A stretch of DNA of 63,556 nt from Thraustochytrium aureum (Eukaryota), in assembly GCA_012862495.1 (NCBI GenBank), contig BLSG01000423.1, positions 82,377 to 145,932 of the forward strand, read 5' to 3'. Below are positions 12,563 through 24,702 of the stretch, in pieces. A program made the translations under genes and the position numbers. How positions within the stretch are numbered: the stretch's first letter is position 1; every line of letters starts with the position of its first letter. The notes under the pieces were generated by a model. The model was not told the DNA's origin, did not search any database, and worked only from the letters and a program-made list of their open reading frames with translations.

Positions 12563-13471
12563 TTCTGCCACGAAAGCTTGTTGATCTGGCTTCCTGCCAC
12601 GTAGCCTGCACGAGCTCCTGTTCTCCTTGAAGCACGGCGAGTGCTAGCAAGCTAGAGTCGTCTCTTTGATTGCCGAGGTGTTTTGGGTTTGCGGTCTTGG
12701 GTTTGCCCTTCGTAACTTGAAGAGACACCAGCAGGCTGTTGGAGCAAACGAAGAGACGCAACAAGAAAGAGAAGCGGAGCCTGTCGGCAGTGTGGAAGCT
12801 GTTCAGGTGCGTTTACGGTCCCAGGTAGAGTACTCTAGCTCTACCCTAGGGTAGCCTATGATTCGGATCACGGATGGGCTTCTTTTCGAAGAGATGCAAC
12901 GGGAAAGAGAGGCGGAGCCTCGGAGGCAGCGGCCGCAAGCGTAGAGTAGGCCAACGCTTGAGAGCGTGGAAGCAGTTCAGTTCAGGTGCGTTTACGGTCC
13001 TCAGAAGGCCAATGATTTGGATGGAGGACCTGTGGGTCGACTTTTCACTCGCTCGACAAAAAGGAAAAAGAACTCTAATTCGAACAAGTGAGAACAAGCA
13101 GGTTCTTCTTCGGACGCCGTCGCCTACCTATCATGCTCGGGGCAGGGCGAAAGCTCCAACTCTCAAGTCGCTCGCACTCCACCATTATTGAGCCGCTTTC
13201 GGTCCTACTATCCCAGTACTGAGTCCCATCACACCCGTCTCCCTTCATGTAGGTAGCAGAGGTGAGTACCTCTAGAGGAGTTGTATGAGAGCGACGCAGC
13301 GTGGGACGAAAAGAACATGGAACATTTCGAGAGTAAACGAACGTAGTAAGGAGGAGGAGTAGGAGTAGGAGTAGGACTAGAGTACCTATACCTGCTGGTC
13401 TTCGGGCACCCCTCGCCCGAAGACCAGCGCGCAGAAGCGCACCGCTTGCCGACTCTGTGGAGGCGGAGGTG

Positions 13472-13555
13472 CTGGAGGTGCCAACTCGCATGACGGCTGG
13501 AGGTGCCAACTTGCATGACGGCAAGCCGCTCACTGGAGGTGCCAACTTGCACGAC
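13472..13555 (+). repeat. Minisatellite of about 25 bp, 3 copies (ctggaggtgccaacttgcatgacgg)
   Basis: Units at 13472, 13497 and 13533, just downstream of the stop of the minus-strand ORF ending at 13563. Confidence 0.85.
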
Positions 13556-13562
13556 TTGCATG

Positions 13563-13881
13563 CTACTTGCGGCGTCGTTTCGACAAGTTGTGCTCGATTT
13601 CGGCCCGCGAGAGCCCCATGCCCGGTCGTGAAAGCCTCGGGTCAAGGCTGTACAGCTGTGCTAGTGCGCGTTGGTGCGCCCCTTGCATGTCAAACCTGCT
13701 GCCCAGGACCGAAGTCTCTGGCATTTCCTGGCGCTGGGGCAGCAGCACGCCCGCCTCTGTGCCCCTGCGGTACGCCACGGCCCGGGCCAAGTCGTGTGGA
13801 AGGTGCTCGGGCTCGATCCGCTTGATTCCCACGGACTCGAGCAGCACAATCGCCTCGATGATGCGGTCCATCAAGTGCTTG
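13563..13881 (-). CDS. 3' fragment of hypothetical protein (rest in gap)
   Basis: Open frame running out of the gap, KHLMDRIIEAIVLLESVGIKRIEPEHLPHDLARAVAY...HNLSKRRRK*. Protein-like composition with a basic NLS-like end. Confidence 0.5.
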
Positions 13882-14854
13882 NNNNNNNNNNNNNNNNNNN
13901 NNNNNNNNNNNNNNNNNNNNNNNNNNNNNNNNNNNNNNNNNNNNNNNNNNNNNNNNNNNNNNNNNNNNNNNNNNNNNNNNNNNNNNNNNNNNNNNNNNNN
14001 NNNNNNNNNNNNNNNNNNNNNNNNNNNNNNNNNNNNNNNNNNNNNNNNNNNNNNNNNNNNNNNNNNNNNNNNNNNNNNNNNNNNNNNNNNNNNNNNNNNN
14101 NNNNNNNNNNNNNNNNNNNNNNNNNNNNNNNNNNNNNNNNNNNNNNNNNNNNNNNNNNNNNNNNNNNNNNNNNNNNNNNNNNNNNNNNNNNNNNNNNNNN
14201 NNNNNNNNNNNNNNNNNNNNNNNNNNNNNNNNNNNNNNNNNNNNNNNNNNNNNNNNNNNNNNNNNNNNNNNNNNNNNNNNNNNNNNNNNNNNNNNNNNNN
14301 NNNNNNNNNNNNNNNNNNNNNNNNNNNNNNNNNNNNNNNNNNNNNNNNNNNNNNNNNNNNNNNNNNNNNNNNNNNNNNNNNNNNNNNNNNNNNNNNNNNN
14401 NNNNNNNNNNNNNNNNNNNNNNNNNNNNNNNNNNNNNNNNNNNNNNNNNNNNNNNNNNNNNNNNNNNNNNNNNNNNNNNNNNNNNNNNNNNNNNNNNNNN
14501 NNNNNNNNNNNNNNNNNNNNNNNNNNNNNNNNNNNNNNNNNNNNNNNNNNNNNNNNNNNNNNNNNNNNNNNNNNNNNNNNNNNNNNNNNNNNNNNNNNNN
14601 NNNNNNNNNNNNNNNNNNNNNNNNNNNNNNNNNNNNNNNNNNNNNNNNNNNNNNNNNNNNNNNNNNNNNNNNNNNNNNNNNNNNNNNNNNNNNNNNNNNN
14701 NNNNNNNNNNNNNNNNNNNNNNNNNNNNNNNNNNNNNNNNNNNNNNNNNNNNNNNNNNNNNNNNNNNNNNNNNNNNNNNNNNNNNNNNNNNNNNNNNNNN
14801 NNNNNNNNNNNNNNNNNNNNNNNNNAACTCGCGCGTATAGGTAGAGAACTCACC

Positions 14855-14915
14855 AGCCGCAGAGCCGCAGAGCCGCAGAGCAGCAGAGCCGCAGGGCAGC
14901 AGAGCAGCAGAGCAG
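14855..14915 (+). repeat. 8-bp tandem repeat (agccgcag/agcagcag)
   Basis: About 7 degenerate units read directly. Confidence 0.85.
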
Positions 14916-16742
14916 GGGGCCAACGAGTCGTGGGGCCGCGCGCCGCCCGCCCCCTCCAACGCCTACTGACCAGCAGGTAGGAAGGAGTAAGTTGGCACTG
15001 GCGCTGCAGCTGCGAGCGTGGCGAGTGGCGATGCGTCCATTTCCGTTTCCTTTCTGTACTCCGTCGGTAGGTAGAGCGGTTGGCCTCTGGAGTCTGGACT
15101 GGACGACCTTGCGCTCGCTCGCCCGCTCGCCTCAGAGCGCCCATGTGCTGGCCGCGCAGGCTCCTCCTAGACGCGCAGGCCTTTCGAACCTCCCAGTTAC
15201 CGCCGTTCCAGGGGATGTACAGCATCGCGAGCGAAGTGCAGCGGCGCCGCAGAGAAGGCGGCTCGTGGCACCTTTGGGGCCCCTCCGCAGAAGTTCGCGC
15301 CAAAAAACACCAGCCTGGACGGAGTACGAGTTGATTCCTCCAAGGCCAATGGATTGCACGATTGAGTGAAAGCCGCCGCCGTCGGCCGCAAGCCGGGGGC
15401 TGCTCGGCAAGCGTGCGTGCTGTGAGGGCAGCACGGCAAGGCGCAGCTCGACTTGCCAAGTGGAGGTGGTCGGAAAGGAAGGAGCCTGTAGAGCAGCACT
15501 CAGTACCTCTGCTCCACTGCGTCGTTTGCAGGTAGGTGGTCGGAAAACCCTTTGCGGCTTGCTTGCGCTGTTATTCCTCTCGAAGTTCTGGCGTTGATCA
15601 GAGCGGCCAAAGGGGCAGGGAACGCCGCGCCGCGGACATCGAACGTGTTACGCCGCCTCCTCCTGAGCAGCCACAGCCTTGACTGCTTTTGCGCCTGCTG
15701 GGGTCGATCGATCGCGTGCGGGACATTCCGTGACGGTGCAGTTTCGCTTGCCAGTGTCTTGCTTCTCGTGGCCGGCCCGAACTGAACTGAGGCGCTCTCC
15801 GCAAACGTCATCGTGGAGCTGAGAGGGTTCGATGCTTCCCTGCTACTTACTCCGCTCGAGCTACTCTAGCTAGAAACAAAAAGGGCCACGATGTTGTTGG
15901 CACCGGCCGGTTGGTCGTCCTCCTCCGCCTGTGGAGCCAGCCCGGTGCTGTGCTTGCGTGCAGCGGCGAGCTCTCACTACAGCGCTCTAGAGTACTTGAC
16001 TCTTGATCCCCTACTGGCTGCCGGGCCTCTGAAGGAGACGAAAGTCCTGGCAGAAGGTAGGTAGGGTACCGGGAGTTCAGTAGCTGAGCAGATAACCAAC
16101 CAAGAAATCCCGCACGCGCAGGAGCACGGCCCGCTCAAGACGGCCGAGCGGGAGTTGAACAAGTAGGTGCCGACAAGGAGGATCGCCTTGGGGCCGAGGA
16201 GGCTCCGGCTCCAGCGTCGCACACTGATGCGCGGCCGCTGCAGCCGCGGCGGATCAATCTTCCCCGTTTGCAAAAAGTGCAGGGCAGGCACGTTCATCTT
16301 GGCAGGCCCTTGTTCCGGGCCCGCGCGTCAAACAAAACAAGAAGGTAGGTGGTAAGTAGAGTAGGATGGAGGCAAAGCGCTGCAGCAAGCAAGCCAAGAG
16401 GCGCTGCAGCGCTGGCTGCACACGCAGAAATTCCGGCGCCAGACTTGTTCTTTTCCTTCTTTTCTTCCTCTACGAGTAGAGTANNNNNNNNNNNNNNNNN
16501 NNNNNNNNNNNNNNNNNNNNNNNNNNNNNNNNNNNNNNNNNNNNNNNNNNNNNNNNNNNNNNNNNNNNNNNNNNNNNNNNNNNNNNNNNNNNNNNNNNNN
16601 NNNNNNNNNNNNNNNNNNNNNNNNNNNNNNNNNNNNNNNNNNNNNNNNNNNNNNNNNNNNNNNNNNNNNNNNNNNNNNNNNNNNNNNNNNNNNNNNNNNN
16701 NNNNNNNNNNNNNNNNNNNNNNNNNNNNNNNNNNNNNNNNNN

Positions 16743-17823
16743 GGCAACGCTGCGCGTTCGCTCGTTGAAGCGCCCCCGAGATATCGAAACTGCTCCCGAG
16801 CAACGAAAAATCGAAGAGGTGCGGCCGCGGAGGTGGCGACGTGACATGCCCAGCACTTGTCCGCAGGGTCTGATGACTCGCGTGGAGCTGTGCCGTTTGA
16901 GGATGAGCTAAGCGATGCGACAAACCGCCCCGGCTGCCGCTGGCGCCAAGCCCCACAATCCCGAGCGACTCGAGCAAAGACGCTGCGTCTACGCTTCGTC
17001 CCGGCGCGTGTGCGCCAATGCCAGCCGAGGCTAGCGATTGCGCCGCTCCAAACGGGCTCACAGACCCTAATGGCGAGCCAGCCGTTCGCATGGGAAAGCT
17101 GCCGAGTGGTGGCAGCGACGCGAGGAGCGTGCTTCCGGGCCTCGCATGGGCAGCCCTAAACTCCGGCTGGGCTTCGCTCGGACTTGCATCGCCCGTTGCA
17201 GGAGGGCGCACCGGCGATGCTGATGCGTAGCCTCGTTTGGTTCGCTCGCGCCGCGCTGCCAGGGACTCAAAATGCTGGAGCGCAGCCGACGTGTCGAATG
17301 GCTGCGAGACATCCGGGAGCGACTCGTCGCAGCTAATACATGTTGGCAGTGGGCACTTGCAAAGACGGTACTGGACGCGGTACCGGTCCACGAGGAGGCA
17401 CTTGGTGCACGAGTACCTGCTCTGGCAGGCAACAGAGTGCTTGAGGAGGTGGATCATCTCCTTCGGCTCGCACTCGAAATCGCACCGCAACTCGTCTCCC
17501 AATGCACCGAGTCTGTTGGATTTCCGAAGCAAAAGGTGGTGCCTGATCGCGTCCAACTTGCGCTTTGTTGGAGACCGCTGGTTGAACCGGGTTCCGATCT
17601 CGTGCATCCAGCCCCGCTTCCCGCCGTACGTGCGCGCCTTGGTTTGGTGGAGGAACTCGTGCATGATTCGCGGGTCCTCGCGGATCACGGAGAAGAGCAC
17701 CTGCTTCTCGGCCACAGAAAACCGCCCGCCCTTGGCAGCTTGGGCTCTGCTGCTGGGCTGAGCGTGCGCCGAGGTGCCAGCGGCAGTCGTCTCCAGGGAC
17801 CTCGCCGTGGAGAGCGGCGACAT
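16743..17823 (-). CDS. Putative transcription factor: Myb/SANT-like domain plus Cys/His-rich (TAZ-like) zinc module; 3' end in gap
   Basis: RFSVAEKQVLFSVI...GWMHEIGTRFNQRSPTKRKLDAIRHHL resembles Myb/SANT-like (MADF/trihelix) domains. It is followed by LLKHSVACQSRYSCTKC...CKCPLPTCISC and then a low-complexity S/P/A tail. Confidence 0.6.
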
Positions 17824-20800
17824 TGCGCCGCCGAGGCCTGGTGCGCTTTCGCCGCCCCGGCTGGCCACAAGTTGACTTGCCCGATGCGGCTCGCCCGCCT
17901 GCGCCCGCGGCGCGTGCCCTGGCCGCAGCTCAATGGTGCCGAGCGCGCTGCCCTTGCTCTGTCAGGTCAGACACGTTTGTTGCGAGCGGTTGTGGTGTTG
18001 GTCTTTGAGCGTTTGTCGCGGGCGCTCGAGGCGCAACAACCGGTCGCTCTCGGAGACCCCGATGCGGGCCAGCCTCTAGTTCCGGGTTTGCTGCCCTGCC
18101 ACGGCTTGCAATGCGCCAGCTTTGACTTTACGAACTGAGAGCGGGTCTGATGTCACCGGTTTTGCTTTCGACTCGGATGGAGACTTTTCTGCGCGCGCAA
18201 ATCAGGGACTCTGCTGAGCCACACCACACTGTCAGGCAGGCAAAACCTCGCTTGAGGTCTTGCACCCAATCCCCGATGTTGGGCTGAGTGCTTGCTTGGC
18301 TTGCGACCCTGCAGTCGACTGGTTGTTTTCAAGGCTGCGTGCGCTTCCTGACCGACGGACACTCGCCGCTGCTGGGAGTTCTGATCTCCTGAGACCGTAC
18401 AGCAAGCATGTGGAAGTGCGATAAGCGCTGTTGATTTGTTTGGCAAACTCCACGTTCGGTGCAAAGGCTGCCAAAGGCCATGCCAACCAAGCCGCGCCTT
18501 GACGGAAGGCTTGCGAAAGGCTCCCCTTCTCGGCCAGCTTCACGGGCGGGCCGCCCTGCCGACCAGCGAACAGGAACGCTCGTACCAGACGCACAACTGA
18601 AAAAAACGAGTGCCATCTTTGTTCTCAACTCGGAAAAGTATGAATTATGGAATTCAGCGGTTATCAAGGAGAGCGAGCCTCTATGAGATGAGAGATGGAG
18701 GAGGTGAGACCAAAGGGAGGCAGCCTGCAAAGCAACTGCGCTGCCAGTCACGGTGGTGGTACACAAACAAACACGAACAATGCTCCGCCTCCTGCGCCTC
18801 CTTGACAGGCTCGGAGCTGCATACTCGATTACTTCTGATGTTCAAACTCAAATTTACTCGCCACCACGTCGCTGGCGCACTCGATCGATCGATCCCGTGC
18901 CAATGTCGATCGAGTTCCCTCGCGCCGCCCGATTCGACCACCCACCCAGTTCGAGGCGAATGGTGTAATACTTGGCGGTTGGGTACTTCCTCTGCTGTGA
19001 CAACCCGGGCGCTTGCGTCACAGGTGCAGTGTAGGGCCGGCCCGCCACGCGTCGGCCATTCCTGGAGGCCGGGAATCATCTCCTGACAGAATCCGAGGCC
19101 TCCTCGGCAAGCCACCTCCTGTGCCGGGCGGGCTGACGTGGCCCTCGCGGCGAGGCAGCTCTGAAACGCGCCGTGAGAGGCGGCCAAATGGCAAGTTCAG
19201 GGCGAGTCAAGTACCCAGCCGTTCCTGCTCATCAGAACAGAGGCTGGACAAACCGACCACGGCGCACTCACCAACACGACCAGACCAACACGACAGAACG
19301 CGACAACAACGACTTTCAGCACGACCTTGGGTAGCAGGCAGGCAGGCAGGCGGGCAGGCACGTTGGAAGCAGGCTCCCGCATCTCCCATTCGTGCTTTCA
19401 GCTGGTACTGCAAACGCGCAGGCAAGCGCCCTCGCGGCACCAGGTTCAAGCTGGCTTTGTGCGCTCGCGCAAGTCCCGGGCGGGAACGGAGCATGTCTGT
19501 GTCGTGACTTGCCGCGAGCAGCAACTTGAAGTCAAGGGCGCTCGCGAGCCAATGCACCGCTGAATGCAGAACTGCAGCCTGCCGTTTGGAAGGGAAGTGT
19601 AGTGCGTGTTGCCGGCACGCATGCCTGCGTCGCGCCTTCTGATGAGACCTGGAGGAGGAGGAGGAGGCGGCGAGGTCGACCGGACGCAAGTCGACCGCCT
19701 CATCAAATGGGCTGCCCGCGGCTCTCCAGGCGGGGCTCGTGCGCAACCTGAGAGGGGGGGCTTGTGATGCGGCAGCGACGGGTTGGCCCAATCGAGTGCT
19801 TGGCGAGAACTTGTGCGTGCTAGGTTCTGCCTCTGCGCCAAGCCGACGAGCAGCTCGGCATCTGCCGAGCGTTGCTTGTGGACGGCTGTGTCGTGACGGG
19901 CTCGAGCTGAATTTGTGGGCAGTGGATCTCTGTCACGGCTGCGCGCGCACGCGCCACTCATCCGTTCGCGAGCGAAAGCAGGGAGCAAGGGCCTTGGGAT
20001 TGTGTCGCAACCCGACGCCCGGCGCAGGAAAGCACCTGGGTCGTTCGTCAACCCGCCTTGCTGGTGTGTTTACTCAGAGCACCGCCTCATCGGACTTGGT
20101 CTAAAAAAAATGCAGCGTCGCCGAGTCGCAAGAAAGGGCAGACAAAAAGTGAACTTCCAACGCCCATTGTCAGATCATTGTTGACGGCCAAGCCGATCGG
20201 CTCGAACAACGACACCTTTCGTGGGAGTTGCGGGTGGAGAAAGAGGGTCTGCATGGAATTGCGCTCGAATGCAACTCGCACCTGAGTTCAACTCACACCT
20301 TGCACGTCTGGTGTCACAGCAGAGAGGCGGCCAGCGCCCAGCTTGCTTGAACCCGCACCTGGGCCAACGTGCGACCCGTACAGTAGCGCCCTCTGACCGC
20401 ACTGGGCTGCTCACGCCATACAAAGCAGGATTCTCGCGTTTGCAAAACCGGGGCCGGGCCTTCCTTTGTGGTCAGTCGAAAAGCCTGCAAAAGGAGCCGC
20501 GACTCGGACATGGAGCGGCTACAAGGCCAACCGGTTCGCAGTGCCTTCAACTTGCAAGCACTTGCGAAATCCGCTGACTTGCAAACCGCCCTTGACCGCT
20601 CTCGGCTTCGTTGCGAGTAGCAATGAGCGGTGGTGCCCCGCTCGAGGGAAGCCGCACGTCAGGGACGCCAGCGTACTCGCTAAATCAACCACGCCGAAAA
20701 AGCAAATCCGACCGAAGGAGGCAGCCAGCACAAGACGCGGGAAACTGGCGCGAAACTCGCAAGGTGGGAGCAAAGCCAAGGCGTTCTCGTCTGGCCGATC

Positions 20801-20829
20801 GGTTTCGATTCTAAAGAAGGCTCTGCTCT

Positions 20830-21482
20830 CTACTGGCGCGAAACAGAAAACGGGTTCGACTGCGCGTGGTGTGACTGCTGCAATGCCTCTCGCGCGATCG
20901 CGTTTGCCGCGTCTGGGTTTTGCCGCGCATAGTCTGCGCCGGCCTGCATCCCAGCCTTGGCAAGCTGCGGGTTTTCGCGCGCATAGTTGACCGTGGCGCC
21001 GATGGCCGCCGTGGCCAACTCGGGGTTGTTCTGCACGTACGTGGCAGCACCTTGTTCGGCCGTGCTGTAGTCTGACGTTGGGTCGTCGTAGACCTCGCCG
21101 TGCTTCCACATGACAAACGCGTTCATGAACGCGTTCAGGAGCGTGACCACGCCAACCCCAATCGTAGAGGCTTCGTTGCGCGCAAAGCACAGCGACGCGA
21201 CGAAGAAGAGAAATAGGGTGCGCCCCAAATAGGTGTACATGAATCCAAACCGGCCGCGCACCGTCTTTTCGACAAAGGAGAGGCGCAGCTCAAAGCAACA
21301 CAATAGGCTCCCGAAGCAAGTGATGTAGACGCTCACCGCGATCGCTGCAAAGCGTAGGGTGACCAACTTGCCCAGCGAAAGCATTGTGAAGATCCCCGCA
21401 AAGATTACGAGCCCGCCGTTGAGCAGGTTTGCCATGCGCAGAATCGACGAGGCTGAGCTAGCATCAGCATCGCGGATGCTAC
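20830..21482 (-). CDS. COPI-associated (TVP15-like) Golgi membrane protein; start possibly in gap
   Basis: Three to four hydrophobic helices, FGSLLCCFEL and the family motif FGFMYTYLGRTLFLFFVASL. Confidence 0.8.
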
Positions 21483-22507
21483 NNNNNNNNNNNNNNNNNN
21501 NNNNNNNNNNNNNNNNNNNNNNNNNNNNNNNNNNNNNNNNNNNNNNNNNNNNNNNNNNNNNNNNNNNNNNNNNNNNNNNNNNNNNNNNNNNNNNNNNNNN
21601 NNNNNNNNNNNNNNNNNNNNNNNNNNNNNNNNNNNNNNNNNNNNNNNNNNNNNNNNNNNNNNNNNNNNNNNNNNNNNNNNNNNNNNNNNNNNNNNNNNNN
21701 NNNNNNNNNNNNNNNNNNNNNNNNNNNNNNNNNNNNNNNNNNNNNNNNNNNNNNNNNNNNNNNNNNNNNNNNNNNNNNNNNNNNNNNNNNNNNNNNNNNN
21801 NNNNNNNNNNNNNNNNNNNNNNNNNNNNNNNNNNNNNNNNNNNNNNNNNNNNNNNNNNNNNNNNNNNNNNNNNNNNNNNNNNNNNNNNNNNNNNNNNNNN
21901 NNNNNNNNNNNNNNNNNNNNNNNNNNNNNNNNNNNNNNNNNNNNNNNNNNNNNNNNNNNNNNNNGTAGGTACGGGATTTCAATATATATACCTTTCATAT
22001 ACGTGGCATCCTGACATTCAGCACCTTGTTACCTTACAAACCCAAAAGATTCTCTTGAAATTAAAGGGGACTTCACGGACTCTTGATCCTTGCTATTTTT
22101 ATATTGAAACTCCGTTTTATATACACGCGACTCTTGAAATTTGAATATTGAATATCCGTTTTATATACCATGTCTTCGCATGCGGCTCTTGAATCTTGCG
22201 CCAATGACCACTCAAGAAATAGGTTGCAAGAGGGCTTCGCGGTCTCTTGAAAATCAGCCAACATACCGGAAAATACGTTGCCGCGCGGCTCTTGAGCGCC
22301 GATCTGGCTGGAGCCAGCAAGCCGCGCCGCCCCGGTATAACCACCAAAAGCTGCTGAGCTTATTCATCACTCTCCTTGACCTGCCGACTAGCCGACGTTT
22401 GCGGGTAACCTGCGATTTGTGTAGCGAAGGAAAGAATGCTCGTCGAGGAAGGAGTCTGCATTGCACCATGCAGACCCGCGTCGCGCATGCGCAAGGCGCC
22501 CAGGCCG

Positions 22508-22508
22508 G

Positions 22509-22568
<60 letters not shown>

Positions 22569-22569
22569 C
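22508..22569 (+). repeat. (CAGG)n microsatellite upstream of CASP
   Basis: About 15 perfect cagg units ending about 125 bp before ATG 22696. Confidence 0.95.
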
Positions 22570-22695
22570 CCGCTTCGGCGCGATATCGTTGCGGTACTCG
22601 CCGTGGTTGTCGCCCGCATTCTTTGCGCAAAAGTCGCGAGGTCTTCGCTTTCGTTGGTTTTGGTTGTGACGGCCTGACGCAGTCGCCCAAAGGCC

Positions 22696-24532
22696 ATGGA
22701 GCCGCTCGTTGGTGCCGAGACGTCGTGCCTGGAGGCGTGGCAGGCCATTGATCTCGGCAATGTGCAGCTGGCGCTCGATGAGCAAGCCTCGGCCGTGGCG
22801 GACTTTCGCGAGGCGAGCCTCGAGTCGAGGAAGGCGCTGGCGATGCGCACCAAGATGTTCAAGGGCCGCAAGGACGTGCGCGAGGCGGACGAGGCGAGCG
22901 TGGTGCGCGTCGAGCTGCCCAAGCTGCTGCGCGCGTATCAGGAAGAAGTGGACAAGGTGACCCAGCGCGCCAAGTTTGCAGAGAACTGCTTNNNNNNNNN
23001 NNNNNNNNNNNNNNNNNNNNNNNNNNNNNNNNNNNNNNNNNNNNNNNNNNNNNNNNNNNNNNNNNNNNNNNNNNNNNNNNNNNNNNNNNNNNNNNNNNNN
23101 NNNNNNNNNNNNNNNNNNNNNNNNNNNNNNNNNNNNNNNNNNNNNNNNNNNNNNNNNNNNNNNNNNNNNNNNNNNNNNNNNNNNNNNNNNNNNNNNNNNN
23201 NNNNNNNNNNNNNNNNNNNNNNNNNNNNNNNNNNNNNNNNNNNNNNNNNNNNNNNNNNNNNNNNNNNNNNNNNNNNNNNNNNNNNNNNNNNNNNNNNNNN
23301 NNNNNNNNNNNNNNNNNNNNNNNNNNNNNNNNNNNNNNNNNNNNNNNNNNNNNNNNNNNNNNNNNNNNNNNNNNNNNNNNNNNNNNNNNNNNNNNNNNNN
23401 NNNNNNNNNNNNNNNNNNNNNNNNNNNNNNNNNNNNNNNNNNNNNNNNNNNNNNNNNNNNNNNNNNNNNNNNNNNNNNNNNNNNNNNNNNNNNNNNNNNN
23501 NNNNNNNNNNNNNNNNNNNNNNNNNNNNNNNNNNNNNNNNNNNNNNNNNNNNNNNNNNNNNNNNNNNNNNNNNNNNNNNNNNNNNNNNNNNNNNNNNNNN
23601 NNNNNNNNNNNNNNNNNNNNNNNNNNNNNNNNNNNNNNNNNNNNNNNNNNNNNNNNNNNNNNNNNNNNNNNNNNNNNNNNNNNNNNNNNNNNNNNNNNNN
23701 NNNNNNNNNNNNNNNNNNNNNNNNNNNNNNNNNNNNNNNNNNNNNNNNNNNNNNNNNNNNNNNNNNNNNNNNNNNNNNNNNNNNNNNNNNNNNNNNNNNN
23801 NNNNNNNNNNNNNNNNNNNNNNNNNNNNNNNNNNNNNNNNNNACCTTTCCGCCTCGTCGCCAGTCACCTCACAGACGGCGCAACCCACCGGCGAAAGCCA
23901 GCACGACACGCTCACCTTGCAAGGCAGTGCGCACATGGTCGCCAAGCAGCCTGCGCTGGATGGGCCACGGGCAACCAAGGTCGCCGACCAACAGCACCAG
24001 GCGCTCAACAGCATGCTCCAGGCCGTCTGCGCGCAGCGCGACCGACTCCGCGCACAGCTCGACGCTGGCGATGAGCGCCTCGAGTCGCAGCGCAAGGAGG
24101 TCGAGGAGGCGTACCGCCGCTGCAAGACCCTCGAGGAGGACAACGTCGCACTTTATCAGCGCATTCGATTCCTGCAAAACTACAAGGTCAGCGAGCGCAG
24201 CACGCTCATTGCGGACGGGTGGGGGCGCAGACATGGAGGCAGGCATCCACCGCGAAGGCTCTGCTGTGATTCTGTCCGCGCGTGGGGCCAAGGTCGGCGG
24301 GCTCGGACGCGGGGTCGAGCACAAGTATCGTGACCTGTACGAATCGGATATCAGCCCGGTGCAGGCGTTTCAAAAGCACGAGGCCGAGCGCCTCTACCAC
24401 AATATGCCAAAGGTCGAGCGCGTCGTGCTGCGTGTTTGCAACGCGTTTTTGACTCGCTCACGCGGCCGCAATTTCCTGGCGGCCTACTCGCTGCTCGTTC
24501 ATGTTGCATTGGCGCTGTGTCTACTGGTGTAA
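22696..24532 (+). CDS. CASP: Golgin CASP / COY1 (CUX1 alternative-product family); gap and frameshift near 24200
   Basis: N-terminal WQAIDL..Q..LDEQA....SLESRKALA...LLRAYQEEVDKVTQRAKFAEN. CASP_C region SMLQAVCAQRDRLR...DNVALYQRIRFLQNY, then KYRDLYESDISPVQAF and a C-terminal TM with the Y...H pattern (AYSLLVHVALALCLLV). Confidence 0.9.
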
Positions 24533-24702
24533 GGAGCGCGAGCGCCCTGCCCCTGCGCGCGCTGCCGGCGACTGTTTATGGCTGTGCTTGCCACGCTCCT
24601 GTGAAAAATGAATTTGGGAATTGGTGGAAACTCCTGCTTTGCTCTGCTCGTTTCGGTTGCTTCCCCACAGCGCATGCCAAGGCGCAGATTGCTGAGCGCC
24701 GC

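Noticed and set aside
8270..12604. Long antisense or overlapping ORFs (e.g. 8270..9745 +, 10116..11348 +, 11567..12604 +)
   Set aside because: Shadow ORFs expected opposite GC3-rich genes, some extended by N runs. No domain motifs.
13472..13555. 25-bp repeats as a CRISPR array
   Set aside because: Only three copies with spacers of 0 and 11 bp, no cas genes, and a eukaryotic context. It is a minisatellite.
13567..15459. Long X-rich ORFs spanning gaps (also 22938..24143, 29690..30769, 34524..35300)
   Set aside because: Their length comes from N runs that lack stop codons.
17900..20800. Numerous short ORFs in this 3-kb interval
   Set aside because: No recognisable motifs and no coding-type codon bias. 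Treated as intergenic or regulatory DNA.
21965..22300. Periodic CTCTTGA motifs as a degenerate CRISPR array
   Set aside because: The conserved core is only 7-12 bp, spacing is irregular and there are no cas genes. Kept as a motif island instead.
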